A stretch of DNA of 64,000 nt from Patescibacteria group bacterium (GTDB taxonomy: Bacteria > Patescibacteriota > Minisyncoccia > Phycocordibacterales > UBA9973): the NCBI GenBank assembly GCA_028865035.1, contig JAGWLB010000003.1, forward strand, positions 2,247-66,246, given 5' to 3'. Made by a program: the position numbers and the translations under genes. The notes beneath the pieces were generated by a model that saw nothing but the letters and a program-made list of their open reading frames with translations, was not told the origin of the DNA and ran no database searches. Positions 10,304 through 20,344 of the stretch are shown piece after piece. The first letter of the stretch is position 1. Every line of letters starts with the position of its first letter.

Positions 10304-10519
10304 ATGAGAAAAGAAAAATCATTATTTATTATAGGTTTATGGATTATTTTGTTGCCCCTGTCTGGTTTTCCGTCTTCTTGGAAAACGCTATTCTTTTTTA
10401 TTACTGGTTTACTCATCATCTACATTTCATACCTTTTTTACATGCAAGCAAAGAAAAATGTACCTAAAGATTTAAATCAAAGTAAAACCTTCATAGATAA
10501 CATAAGTAATGGCGAGTAA
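10304..10519 (+). CDS. small two-TM membrane protein
   Basis: MRKEKSLFIIGLWIILLPLSGFPSSWK...; TATAAT just upstream of ATG 10304. Confidence 0.65.
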   Translation: MRKEKSLFIIGLWIILLPLSGFPSSWKTLFFFITGLLIIYISYLFYMQAKKNVPKDLNQSKTFIDNISNGE

Positions 10520-11738
10520 AGTTATCAAAATGTTATCAAAAAAAAATTTAAAAATATTTTTATTAGTAACCCTCGCATTTATAATATGTGGGGTTATTAT
10601 TTATTTTATATTTTTTAATAGCATAAAATATACTACACATTCTGCTATATCGTCTCTTGAAGATGTACCACAAAGCAGTAAGCCCAGTGACATAACAATT
10701 CCACCTATATCTCAGCCACCCACTCCAGTTCCTGTGACACACATACAAACTCCAAATTATGTTAAAGCAGTATATCTATCAAGTTGGGTTGCCGGATCTC
10801 CAAAATATCGCGATCCTATAATAAAACTTATAGATGATACTGAATTAAATTCAATCGTGATAGACATAAAAGATTCTACTGGTCGCATAGGTTATATAAC
10901 AGATAATCAAGATTTAAACAGAATTGGATCTGTGCAAGGCCGCATACCCAATATTCGTAGTCTTATAAATACTTTACATCAGAAGAATATTTATGTTATC
11001 GGACGTATTGCGGTATTCCAAGATCCGTATATGACAAAAATAAAACCAGAATGGTCAATTGTGAAAAATAGCGATGGAAAAGTTTGGAAAGATAATAAAG
11101 GTTTATCTTTTTTGGATCCAGCAAATCAGGATGTATGGAAATATATTGTATCAATTGCTCTTGATGCTCATTCTGAAGGTTTTGATGAAATTAATTTTGA
11201 TTATATAAGGTATCCTTCTGATGGCAATATCCAAGATATTAATTATCATTTAACTCCAGGAAAAACAAGGTCTGATAATTTAGAGAGCTTTTTCAAATAT
11301 TTATCTTTGGAATTAAAGAAAGATAACATTACTATGTCCGCTGATCTTTTTGGTTTAACTACAACTACGAATGATGATATGGGAATAGGTCAATTGTGGG
11401 AGAAGACATTACCATATTTCGATTTTGTTTCTCCTATGGTTTATCCATCTCATTATCCGAGTGGTCAGTATGGATTTAAAAATCCAGCAGATCATCCTTA
11501 CGAGGTTATTTCAAAAGCACTACAAAGTGCAATAAAGAAGACTAAAGCAATGCAAGATCAAGATATCCATAAAATACGTCCATGGTTGCAAGATTTTGAC
11601 TTGGGAGCAGTTTACACAAAAGATAAGGTACGTTTAGAGATGCAAGCGGTATATGATAGCGGTCTTAATTCCTGGATGTTATGGGATCCAAAGAATAAAT
11701 ACACACCTTCTGCACTTAAACTTGATATCAATCAATAA
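10509..11738 (+). CDS. putative glycoside hydrolase (DUF4015)
   Basis: VKAVYLS, LNSIVIDIKD, GRIAVFQDP, GFDEINFDYIRYP, PMVYPSHY, RPWLQDF. Confidence 0.85.
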   Translation: MASKVIKMLSKKNLKIFLLVTLAFIICGVIIYFIFFNSIKYTTHSAISSLEDVPQSSKPSDITIPPISQPPTPVPVTHIQTPNYVKAVYLSSWVAGSPKYRDPIIKLIDDTELNSIVIDIKDSTGRIGYITDNQDLNRIGSVQGRIPNIRSLINTLHQKNIYVIGRIAVFQDPYMTKIKPEWSIVKNSDGKVWKDNKGLSFLDPANQDVWKYIVSIALDAHSEGFDEINFDYIRYPSDGNIQDINYHLTPGKTRSDNLESFFKYLSLELKKDNITMSADLFGLTTTTNDDMGIGQLWEKTLPYFDFVSPMVYPSHYPSGQYGFKNPADHPYEVISKALQSAIKKTKAMQDQDIHKIRPWLQDFDLGAVYTKDKVRLEMQAVYDSGLNSWMLWDPKNKYTPSALKLDINQ

Positions 11739-11758
11739 TTTTGTAATAATTAGATTTA

Positions 11759-12979
11759 ATGAAACAATATAAAAAGAAAATCATTTACGCACTTGCATCG
11801 CTAATTATCTTAATTAGTGTTTTTGGTTTAGGAGCAACTTACGGATATTCGCAAAAACCGGCGATTGATAAGGTCTCTTCTGTAATAAACAAAGAACCAG
11901 CACAAGGTGTGACTGCCGATTTTAACTCATTTTGGAAAGTTTGGAATTTATTAAATCAAAAGTCTATATATGCAAAAAAGGCTACTGATCAAGATCGAGT
12001 ATGGGGTGCTATAAAAGGTATGACTGCATCACTTGGTGATCCTTATACTGTTTTTTTCCCACCCGAAGAAAATAAATTATTTAACGATGAAATACACGGT
12101 TCCTTTGGTGGTATTGGCGCTGAGATTGGTGTGAAGGATAAATTACTAACTGTAATATCACCTTTGAAAGATAATCCTGCAATGCTGGCGGGTATAAAAT
12201 CCGGAGATAAAATTCTAAAGATTGATAAGACAGATGCCAATAATATGACAGTAGATCATGCTATAAGCTTAATAAGAGGGCCTATAGGTACAAGTGTTGT
12301 TCTTACAATACTTCGACCAGGAGAGAAGACTACACGTGAGTTTACCGTGGTAAGAGGTGATATTAAAATTCCTACTATAGATACTCAATTATTACCCAAT
12401 AATATATTTGTTATAAAGTTTTATAGTTTTTCTGAAAATTCTGATTCACTATTTAAAGATGCACTAGATAAATTTATAGCTACTGGTTCACACAAATTAA
12501 TCATAGATATGCGTGGTAATCCTGGAGGTTATCTTACCTCTGCAGTAAATATCGGTTCGTGGTTTATCGATGAAGGTAAAACTATAGTAAGTGAAGATTT
12601 TGGTAGTAATAAAAAAATGCAAGTATACAGAAGCCACGGTCCAAAATTGTTTGATAATAAACTACAGTTAGTAGTCTTGGTTGACGGTGGATCTGCATCA
12701 GCTGCTGAGATATTAGCCGGTGCTTTGCAAGAAAACGGTGTAGGTACTTTAGTAGGTGAAAGAACATTTGGTAAAGGATCAGTGCAAGAACTTATAAATG
12801 TCACAAACGATACATCATTGAAAGTTACAGTTGCAAGGTGGCTTACACCTAATGGTACTTCCATATCAGAACACGGACTTGATCCAGATGTTGTAGTACC
12901 ATACACACAGAAAGATGCTGATGCTAAGAAAGACCCCCAAATGGATAAAGCTGTCGAAATATTATCAGCAAAACCTTAA
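11759..12979 (+). CDS. ctpA: carboxyl-terminal processing protease, S41 family with PDZ domain
   Basis: LGDPYT, FGGIGAEI, DMRGNPGG, SASAAEI, TFGKGSVQ. Confidence 0.92.
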   Translation: MKQYKKKIIYALASLIILISVFGLGATYGYSQKPAIDKVSSVINKEPAQGVTADFNSFWKVWNLLNQKSIYAKKATDQDRVWGAIKGMTASLGDPYTVFFPPEENKLFNDEIHGSFGGIGAEIGVKDKLLTVISPLKDNPAMLAGIKSGDKILKIDKTDANNMTVDHAISLIRGPIGTSVVLTILRPGEKTTREFTVVRGDIKIPTIDTQLLPNNIFVIKFYSFSENSDSLFKDALDKFIATGSHKLIIDMRGNPGGYLTSAVNIGSWFIDEGKTIVSEDFGSNKKMQVYRSHGPKLFDNKLQLVVLVDGGSASAAEILAGALQENGVGTLVGERTFGKGSVQELINVTNDTSLKVTVARWLTPNGTSISEHGLDPDVVVPYTQKDADAKKDPQMDKAVEILSAKP

Positions 12980-12987
12980 ATATAATT

Positions 12988-13431
12988 ATGAAAGTTATAT
13001 TGCTTACAGATATTCCAAAAGTAGGGAATAGATATGATGTGAAAGATTTCAAAGAAGGATATGCTCAGAATGTTCTTCTTGCTAAAGGTCTTGCTGTTCT
13101 TGCAACTCCAGCAGAATTATCAAAACTTAAAGATAGGAAAGCAAAATTAGATAAAAAGAAAGAAGAGGAAGATAAATTATTCAGCGAGTTAATTTCTTCT
13201 ATAGATAATAAAAAGATTACAATCTTTGCCAAAGCAAATGAAAAAGGACATCTCTTTAAAGCTGTTAGTTCTCGTGATATTATTGATGCCATTTACAAGA
13301 ATACAAATATTAATATTGAAGAAAATTCATTAGTAATGGATCATATAAAAGAAATTGGATTGCATAAGGTTATGATTAAAAAAGGTGATAAGAAAGGGGA
13401 GTGTGAGATAATAGTGGAACCACAAAAATAA
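12988..13431 (+). CDS. rplI: 50S ribosomal protein L9
   Basis: MKVILLTDIPKVG...GYAQNVLL; GHLF; IKEIG. Confidence 0.92.
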   Translation: MKVILLTDIPKVGNRYDVKDFKEGYAQNVLLAKGLAVLATPAELSKLKDRKAKLDKKKEEEDKLFSELISSIDNKKITIFAKANEKGHLFKAVSSRDIIDAIYKNTNINIEENSLVMDHIKEIGLHKVMIKKGDKKGECEIIVEPQK

Positions 13432-13463
13432 AACCCTCTTTAAAAGAGGGTTTTATTTTTGTG
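13421..13463. terminator. bidirectional intrinsic terminator
   Basis: cacaaaaataaaaccctcttt / aaagagggttttatttttgtg inverted repeat between convergent rplI and rpmA. Confidence 0.8.
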
Positions 13464-13473
13464 TTATTGTTAG

Positions 13474-13746
13474 TTAGATGATATTAACAACTTTTTTAAC
13501 TGAAGATGTTCGATTAAAGTTTACTTTTCTTTTAGTTCCGAATTTTACAATTCCAGGTTTTAATGCGAAAAGGGTATGATCTTTACCAAGACCAACATTT
13601 GTTCCAGGTAGAATTTTTGTGCCACGTTGACGTATGATAATTGAACCAGCTTTCGCGGTTTGCCCAGCATAAAGCTTAGTACCTAGATACTTTGGATTCG
13701 AATCTGTTAAGTTTTTGGCCGAACCACCGGCTTTCCTATGTGCCAT
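13474..13746 (-). CDS. rpmA: 50S ribosomal protein L27
   Basis: MAHRKAGGS...[25 protein letters not shown]. Confidence 0.97.
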   Translation of the reverse strand: MAHRKAGGSAKNLTDSNPKYLGTKLYAGQTAKAGSIIIRQRGTKILPGTNVGLGKDHTLFALKPGIVKFGTKRKVNFNRTSSVKKVVNII

Positions 13747-13798
13747 ATATGTAAATTAAGCTAGTCTAAAGCTGTTTTATTATTTATAATTAGACTGT

Positions 13799-14185
13799 AT
13801 GAGTATACACGATTTATTCTATAAAATCAAGAAGATTATTATAAAAGATAATATAGCATATATTTACATTATTTTAATCACTATAATTGGTTTTTCTTCC
13901 TTTTTACTTGGCAAATTATCTGTTAACAATAGTCATAATATAAATACAAAAGTTGATTCAATCGAAATTGAACAAAAATTACAAAATTTATCTCAAAATA
14001 CCGATCAATCCAAATCACCAATTATAAAGACATCGAGTAATAAGTATGTAGCTTCAAAAAATGGTAAACTATACTATAGTACAATATGCAAAAGTGCTAA
14101 TAGAATTAAACCTGAGAATAGAGTATGGTTTGATGTTGCATCAGATGCAGAAAAATCTGGTTATACATTATCATCATCTTGTTAA
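13799..14185 (+). CDS. membrane-anchored protein with Ada metal-binding-like C-terminal motif
   Basis: TM helix, then YVASKNGKLYY...C...IKPENRVWF...AEKSGY. Confidence 0.65.
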   Translation: MSIHDLFYKIKKIIIKDNIAYIYIILITIIGFSSFLLGKLSVNNSHNINTKVDSIEIEQKLQNLSQNTDQSKSPIIKTSSNKYVASKNGKLYYSTICKSANRIKPENRVWFDVASDAEKSGYTLSSSC

Positions 14186-14191
14186 GAACAT

Positions 14192-15115
14192 ATGAAAATT
14201 TTTTATCAAATTGCAATTATTATATTTGTCTGCGCTACTCTTTATATTGTTAAGGATGATGTTATAACTGTATATAATCATGCAATTTCTTATATATCTC
14301 CAAAAGCAAATAATATTGCCACAAATACTAATAATAGTAATTTAAATGTAAAATCAGAAGAAGTATCTAGTGCTTTTAAATCTGTTAATACTCCAGGAGC
14401 TCTACAAATTAAAGATGGACTGGCTCTTGATGCTAATAGCGTAAAACTTACTTCAAAAGATGTTATAGATTGGACAAATAAAAATCGATTAATAAATGGT
14501 AATCTTCCTCCACTTAAAGAAAGTTCAAAATTAGATTTTTCGGCACAGATTAAATTAAATGATATGTTTAAACAGCAATATTTTGAACATATATCACCAA
14601 ATCATATTGGCGTGTCTGACTTGGGAGATAGAGTATCGTATGAATATATTATTATCGGAGAAAATTTAGCTCTAGGTAACTTTAAAGACGCTCAATCACT
14701 ACTTAATGCATGGATGGCAAGCCCTGGTCACCGCGCAAATATTCTTAATAAACACTATCAAGATATTGGTGTAGCTGTTGGTCATGGAATGTACAAAGGA
14801 CAAGATGTATGGATGGCAGTACAACATTTTGGTTTACCAAGAAGTGCTTGTCCTTCTATAGACGATGTTCTTCATGGGACTATAGAAATAGATCAAAACC
14901 AAATACAAACTATGCAAGCAGATTTGGCCTTAAGACGAAATAATATTGATAGTGGGGTAGTATATGAAGGTATGACTACCAATGAACAAATAGCTCAATA
15001 TAATGACCTCGTAATAAAATATAATCAACTTGTTTCTGTGATAAAAGAAAAGACAGCTATATATAATAACCAAGTCAATGCTTTTAATTTATGCCTTCAA
15101 AGCAATACCCAATAA
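14192..15115 (+). CDS. CAP (SCP) domain protein
   Basis: YFEH, GENLA, WMASPGHRANIL, IGVAV, VQHFG. Confidence 0.88.
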   Translation: MKIFYQIAIIIFVCATLYIVKDDVITVYNHAISYISPKANNIATNTNNSNLNVKSEEVSSAFKSVNTPGALQIKDGLALDANSVKLTSKDVIDWTNKNRLINGNLPPLKESSKLDFSAQIKLNDMFKQQYFEHISPNHIGVSDLGDRVSYEYIIIGENLALGNFKDAQSLLNAWMASPGHRANILNKHYQDIGVAVGHGMYKGQDVWMAVQHFGLPRSACPSIDDVLHGTIEIDQNQIQTMQADLALRRNNIDSGVVYEGMTTNEQIAQYNDLVIKYNQLVSVIKEKTAIYNNQVNAFNLCLQSNTQ

Positions 15116-15167
15116 CCTTATAGGGAAGCGCGATGCCTAGCTTTAAAGCCTTATAGTTTTTATATAC

Positions 15168-15199
15168 TAGTGTCGTACAATATATCTTTTGCGACACTA
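15168..15199. other. dif-like tyrosine recombinase site candidate (11-6-11 imperfect palindrome)
   Basis: taGTGTCGTACAA-TATATC-TTTTGCGACACta in a convergent intergenic gap. Confidence 0.45.
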
Positions 15200-15348
15200 T
15201 AATATAATTATTAACTGATAATATGTGTTGTTAATATATAATCTCAACCAAACTAAATTTTTAACCCTTTATATACTTGTAGACTTCTATTTATCACACT
15301 TATTGTTAACTTGTTGTTTTTGAAATGAAATTAATTGAGCTTTTTTAT

Positions 15349-16665
15349 TTATCCTACGAATGTAAGAGCTGTGCCTTTTTTACTGGCACGACCAGTTCTA
15401 CCTATACGATGTATATATGTGTCGTAGGTTTGTGGTATCTCATAATTTATAACATGAGTCACATCTGGTATATCAAGACCCCTAGCTGCAACATCGGTTG
15501 CCACCAGAATATTTAGTTCATTTTCTTTAAATTTTTTTAATGTACGTTGTCTTTCATTGTGACGTTTATCACCATGAATTGATCCCGCCTTGAATCCCCT
15601 TTTTATTAATTCCACTGACAACTTTTCTACCGCATGCTTCATTTCTGAAAATATAAGAACTTTTTTAAACTCAATACCAGTTAGTAGTTCGGTTAAAACA
15701 TCTATTTTATCAATACCACGAGCTACACGAACAACATCTTGCTCGACATTTTTCGAAGTATCTCTTGTTTTTACTACAACTCGTACAGGATTATTTGCAA
15801 ATTTTTCTATAAGATTTTCTATTGGTTTTGGAAGTGTTGCAGAGAAAAAGAAACTTTGTCTATCTTTTGAAGTTTTTTCAAGTAAAAATGTTATGTCATC
15901 TACGAAGCCCATATCTAGCATTCTATCTGCTTCATCTAAAACAACGCTACGTGTATTAGAAAGATCAATTTCTTTACGTTTTACTAAATCGAGTAATCTA
16001 CCTGGAGTACCAATGACAATATTACATCCACGTCTTAAATTTTTTATTTGAGAGAAAATTGGCACACCTCCAACACAAGCTACTGACCATATCTTCATTC
16101 CTTTTGTGAATTCAATGAATTCTTTTTCAATTTGGAGCGCTAGTTCACGTGTAGGAGCTATAATAATTGCAGTTTCTTTACTGTCTTTTATAACTTTATT
16201 TATTATTGGTATAAGAAAAGCTGCTGTTTTACCGGTACCAGTATTAGCAATACCAAGAACGTCACGTCCTTCAAGAGCGTGCGGAATCGATTTGTCTTGA
16301 ATAGGGCTTGGGTATATGTATCCTTTACTCGCTATGTTCTTTTTAAGATTAGAGTCTATACCAAAATCACTAAAAGTATGTGTAGGTATATAAACTTCTT
16401 CTTTTTCGATGATTGTAGATTTGTTTATAAATCTTGAAACATCAATTCTTTCAAAAGAACTACTTTTACGTTTACTGCTAACTTTTCTGCGGTTAGATGT
16501 ATAATTACTTTTATTACCTTTAAATGATGGTTTAGCTAAAGGTGAACTTTTAAAAGTACTGAATGTTGATCCAGTACGGCTTTGTGTATTATTTGAACGA
16601 TTTGTTTTCCGTCCAGCTGAATATGAGGTTCGTTTTGAACCTTGTTTGCTATATGGTGTAGGCAT
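15349..16665 (-). CDS. DEAD-box RNA helicase
   Basis: Q motif, GTGKT, PTRELA, DEAD, SAT, ARGLD, HRIGRTGR. Confidence 0.95.
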   Translation of the reverse strand: MPTPYSKQGSKRTSYSAGRKTNRSNNTQSRTGSTFSTFKSSPLAKPSFKGNKSNYTSNRRKVSSKRKSSSFERIDVSRFINKSTIIEKEEVYIPTHTFSDFGIDSNLKKNIASKGYIYPSPIQDKSIPHALEGRDVLGIANTGTGKTAAFLIPIINKVIKDSKETAIIIAPTRELALQIEKEFIEFTKGMKIWSVACVGGVPIFSQIKNLRRGCNIVIGTPGRLLDLVKRKEIDLSNTRSVVLDEADRMLDMGFVDDITFLLEKTSKDRQSFFFSATLPKPIENLIEKFANNPVRVVVKTRDTSKNVEQDVVRVARGIDKIDVLTELLTGIEFKKVLIFSEMKHAVEKLSVELIKRGFKAGSIHGDKRHNERQRTLKKFKENELNILVATDVAARGLDIPDVTHVINYEIPQTYDTYIHRIGRTGRASKKGTALTFVG

Positions 16666-16782
16666 AATTAAATTTTACGTGTTTCAAAAATAATATATTT
16701 GCACAGATAGTGTTTCTTTGTGAACTCTATACAAAATGATTGAAACACTACACACGCACTCAAGGAGTATTTCAACTTTTAA

Positions 16783-16811
16783 AGATTAGCATTTATCTCT
16801 TATTTTGTCAA
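16783..16811 (-). promoter_or_regulatory. sigma70 promoter of DEAD-box helicase
   Basis: TTGACA-17 nt-TAATCT on the minus strand. Confidence 0.6.
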
Positions 16812-16839
16812 GTTGATAGAGAGTTTATCATCTAAATCA

Positions 16840-16868
16840 TTGACAATAAATTTACATAGTTGTATAAT
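16840..16868 (+). promoter_or_regulatory. consensus sigma70 promoter of cold-shock gene
   Basis: TTGACA-17 nt-TATAAT. Confidence 0.8.
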
Positions 16869-16955
16869 CGGTGTTACAAGGGACGTATCTTAGAAAAGAG
16901 TCGATTTTTTAAACATTCATCTTATTTGTAATTATTATTTATCTAAACTAAAATC

Positions 16956-17153
16956 ATGACTGGCTCAATAAAAAAGCTTACTGATAAAGGTTTCGGTTTC
17001 ATCACAGCAGAAGGACTTGCGAAAGATTTATTCTTTCACAGTAATTCTCTTGTAAACGTTCAGTTCGACGAACTACGTGAAGGTGATGCTGTAACTTTTG
17101 ATACAGAAGAAACACAAAAAGGACCTAGTGCTGTAAATGTACAGCGCGCATAG
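16956..17153 (+). CDS. csp: cold-shock protein (CSD)
   Basis: KGFGFI (RNP1), LFFH (RNP2), KGPSAVNV. Confidence 0.95.
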   Translation: MTGSIKKLTDKGFGFITAEGLAKDLFFHSNSLVNVQFDELREGDAVTFDTEETQKGPSAVNVQRA

Positions 17154-17156
17154 GCT

Positions 17157-17197
17157 ATAACAAAACACCCTCGCAATATGCGAGGGTGTTTTGTTAT
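17157..17197. terminator. bidirectional intrinsic terminator
   Basis: ataacaaaacaccctcgca-ata-tgcgagggtgttttgttat. Confidence 0.85.
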
Positions 17198-17262
17198 TAT
17201 TTCTTCTTAGCAGCTTTTTTCGGTTTCTTCACTTCTTTTTTGTGTGATGTACCTTTTGCCAT
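17197..17262 (-). CDS. 21-aa Lys-rich small protein MAKGTSHKKEVKKPKKAAKKK
   Basis: ATG...TAATAA; upstream extended -10 TGATATAAT (17296-17304); ends at the bidirectional terminator. Confidence 0.55.
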   Translation of the reverse strand: MAKGTSHKKEVKKPKKAAKKK

Positions 17263-17343
17263 ATATACAAAAATTCTATTATTAATAATGGATGTATTAT
17301 ATCACTATTAAATAAAACGCAATAGAGTATTAAGTAAATATAA

Positions 17344-18315
17344 TTATTTAATTATATTATTTATAACTTTACCTGTTTCGAAAGCAGAAATTATGTTTTT
17401 TGCTGCTAAAACTGACATCATATTTCTAGCATTTTCTCTTGCTGAAGCAATGTGTGGAGTTAACACAACATTAGATAATTTAATAAGCCCAGATGTGATC
17501 TTAGGTTCAAATTCGAATACATCCAACCCTGCTCCGCCGATAGTACCATTCTTAAGTGCATACGATAAAGCTTTTTCATCAATAACTGGCCCGCGCGATG
17601 TGTTGATAATAATGGCTGATTTCTTCATTATCGCCAGTGATTCCTTATTTATAAGATGTTTAGTACTTGGAAGTAATGGTACGTGAAGAGATATAATATC
17701 AGCATTTTTTAATACTTCTAGCATATCCATCTTTTGGGCATTTGTTTCTTGTTCAAGAGCAATATTTTCATTTATATCGCTATAGATAATATTCGAACCA
17801 AAGCCTCTATGTAAAATTTGTGCTACTTTAGATCCTATATCCCCTACTCCTATAAGACCTATTGTTTTACCTTGTATATCTGTACCTATTAATAATTCTG
17901 GATCCCATCCTTTAAATTTACCTTTACGAACAAACTTATCGCCTTCTACTAAACGAGTCGTAAGAGCTAGCATAAGTGCTACAGCGTGTTCTGCTACAGC
18001 AATTCCTGATGTTCCTGGTGTGTTTGAAACTAAAATTCCTCGTTTTTTTATTTCTTCTAAATCAATATTATTGTAACCTACAGAAAAATTGGCAACTACT
18101 TTGATGCTTGGACAAGCCTCAAAAATTTCCTGATCAATACTATCTGTTAAAAATGATATTACTCCATCGTATTGTTTTTTCTTTAATATATTTATCAATC
18201 TTTTCTTTGTAGGAGGTAAGGTATTTAAACCCATATCAAAATTAATACCTTTTTCTTTTAGTAATTTTAATCCTGCATCTGGTATTTTTCTTGTAATATA
18301 TATATTCTTTTCCAT
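17344..18315 (-). CDS. D-glycerate dehydrogenase / glyoxylate-hydroxypyruvate reductase (GyaR-like)
   Basis: SVGYNNID, NTPG, AVAEH, GVGDIG, INTSRG, GLDVFEFEP, PHIAS. Confidence 0.9.
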   Translation of the reverse strand: MEKNIYITRKIPDAGLKLLKEKGINFDMGLNTLPPTKKRLINILKKKQYDGVISFLTDSIDQEIFEACPSIKVVANFSVGYNNIDLEEIKKRGILVSNTPGTSGIAVAEHAVALMLALTTRLVEGDKFVRKGKFKGWDPELLIGTDIQGKTIGLIGVGDIGSKVAQILHRGFGSNIIYSDINENIALEQETNAQKMDMLEVLKNADIISLHVPLLPSTKHLINKESLAIMKKSAIIINTSRGPVIDEKALSYALKNGTIGGAGLDVFEFEPKITSGLIKLSNVVLTPHIASARENARNMMSVLAAKNIISAFETGKVINNIIK

Positions 18316-18324
18316 ATATAATAA

Positions 18325-19113
18325 TTATCCTATTCTAATAATATTACGATTCTTTTCAGCTATTAAAGCAATTTTTTCCATAATCTTAACAGCTTCAAGT
18401 GGGTACTTACCTATTGCTGATTCTTCAGAAAGCATTACTCCATCAGCTCCATCTAATATTGCATAGGCAACATCTGATACTTCTGCTCTAGTCGGCGTAG
18501 GGTTTTCTACCATAGAAAGTAACATTTGAGTTGCAACTATGACCATTTTATTTTGTTTTTTTGCTTCTATGATAATATGATGTTGTACGAAGGGTATTTC
18601 TTCTATTGGAAATTCATTTCCTAAATCTCCACGGGCTATCATTATTGCATCTGATACCTCTATTATTTCGCTAAGATTTTCTACCGCTTCTTTTCTTTCA
18701 ATTTTAGCTATAATTTTCTGATTACCATTATTATCTTTAATAAAATTTCTTAATTCTATAATATCATTTTTAGAACCTACAAATGATAAGGCAACATATT
18801 CAATATTGTTTTTAATGCCAAAAATTAAATCATCCTTATCTTTTTCTGTAAATATTTTAAGATCACCATTGAAGTGATGACCTGATATATCTTGCGTTCG
18901 GGGTCCAGACAAATCTTGAATTATAGGTATACTTACATTATGTTTATACGATTCTTCTCTAATACTATTTATGAATTGTAAATGTTCATCATGGGTACCC
19001 CAAGAAAAATTTAGACGAGCCATACTCATATTATGAGTAATTAGATTAGATAAAATATCTTTATTTTTACTTGCTGGTCCTATAGTTGCTATAATTATTG
19101 TTTTTGATTCCAT
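18325..19113 (-). CDS. pyk: pyruvate kinase, minimal (A domain only)
   Basis: [42 protein letters not shown]; only 262 aa. Confidence 0.88.
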   Translation of the reverse strand: MESKTIIIATIGPASKNKDILSNLITHNMSMARLNFSWGTHDEHLQFINSIREESYKHNVSIPIIQDLSGPRTQDISGHHFNGDLKIFTEKDKDDLIFGIKNNIEYVALSFVGSKNDIIELRNFIKDNNGNQKIIAKIERKEAVENLSEIIEVSDAIMIARGDLGNEFPIEEIPFVQHHIIIEAKKQNKMVIVATQMLLSMVENPTPTRAEVSDVAYAILDGADGVMLSEESAIGKYPLEAVKIMEKIALIAEKNRNIIRIG

Positions 19114-19119
19114 ATTTTA

Positions 19120-20343
19120 TTATTTACTTATTTTAATTAATCTATTGTACTTAGCATTTCTTTCTTTTGGTCCTATTGCGCCAGCTTTTATACCATAACA
19201 CCCAAAAGCAAACGCTAGGTCACTAATAAAATCATCCATAGTCTCACCGCTTCTGTGGCTAATTATGCATTCTATATTATTATTACGTGCTAATAACATA
19301 GTATTTAGTGTTTCCGTTAATGTGCCTATCTGGTTTGGTTTGATTATTATTCCTTCTATACTTTGCATTTCAATAGCTTTTTTAAGTCTATTTATGTTTG
19401 TTACAGTTAGATCGTCGCCTATTATTTTTGTTTTTGGTAACTCATTTTGTAATAAATTAAAACTTTTATAATCTTCCTCATAGAATGGATCCTCAATAGA
19501 AATTAATGGGTATTTTTTACTAATATTTTTGTAAAGTTCAATCATTTGATTTACATCCCAATCTTTGTCCATAAATCTGTATATATTTTTACTTTGATCA
19601 TAAAAAGAATTTGCAGCTACATCAAGAGCAAACATAACTTTATTTGTATAATTTAATGAATCAACCGCTTCTTTTAGCAAAGAAAGTGGTTCCTCTATAT
19701 TTTCTGTGTTAATAGCTATCCCTCCCTCATCTCCTTTTATTGGAAGACTGCCGTATCTCTTTACAATAATTTCATCCAATTTGTTTTGTATTTCTTTACA
19801 CATTTCAATGTTTAAAACGATATCTTTTTCTTGAGGTACAATATGATATTCTTGAAATGCAAGTTTTGTTTTAGTGTGCTTACCTCCATTTATAAGATTA
19901 AAATACAAAAAAGTATTTGTATGTAATATTTTCATACTAGATAGCCTGCGAAGATATTCATATACTTCAATATTATTCACTTTAGCAGCAGCTTTTGCAC
20001 AAGCAATACTAACTCCAATCATACTGTTACCACCTAGAATTGTTTTCTGTGAAGTTCCATCTAGGTTAATCATTATTTCATCAATTTTTTTTTGATCTTC
20101 AACATCTATACCCACGAGTGATGGTTTGATGATTTCATTTATTTGTTTTATAGCTTTTTCTACTGTACCCTTACCTGTGTTATCATCACGTAACTCATAT
20201 GCTTCATATTTACCAGTACTTGCCCCAGAAGGTACAAGAAAGGTACCTACTGAATCTTCAACATATACCGATACTTTTAGAGTAGGATTATTCCTAGAAT
20301 CATAAATTTGTTCAGCTATTATATCTGTAATTATTTTATTCAT
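19120..20343 (-). CDS. eno: enolase
   Basis: DSRNNPT, VPSGASTG, GDEGG, IKPNQIGTLTE, SHRSGET, AKYNRL. Confidence 0.95.
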   Translation of the reverse strand: MNKIITDIIAEQIYDSRNNPTLKVSVYVEDSVGTFLVPSGASTGKYEAYELRDDNTGKGTVEKAIKQINEIIKPSLVGIDVEDQKKIDEIMINLDGTSQKTILGGNSMIGVSIACAKAAAKVNNIEVYEYLRRLSSMKILHTNTFLYFNLINGGKHTKTKLAFQEYHIVPQEKDIVLNIEMCKEIQNKLDEIIVKRYGSLPIKGDEGGIAINTENIEEPLSLLKEAVDSLNYTNKVMFALDVAANSFYDQSKNIYRFMDKDWDVNQMIELYKNISKKYPLISIEDPFYEEDYKSFNLLQNELPKTKIIGDDLTVTNINRLKKAIEMQSIEGIIIKPNQIGTLTETLNTMLLARNNNIECIISHRSGETMDDFISDLAFAFGCYGIKAGAIGPKERNAKYNRLIKISK

Positions 20344-20344
20344 A

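Noticed and set aside
10285-10312. ATGCGCTATAA-TGCATA-TTATGAGAAAA resembles E. coli dif
   Set aside because: The XerD-type arm has 3 mismatches, and the sequence is explained by a -10 box plus the start codon of the 10304 gene inside an operon
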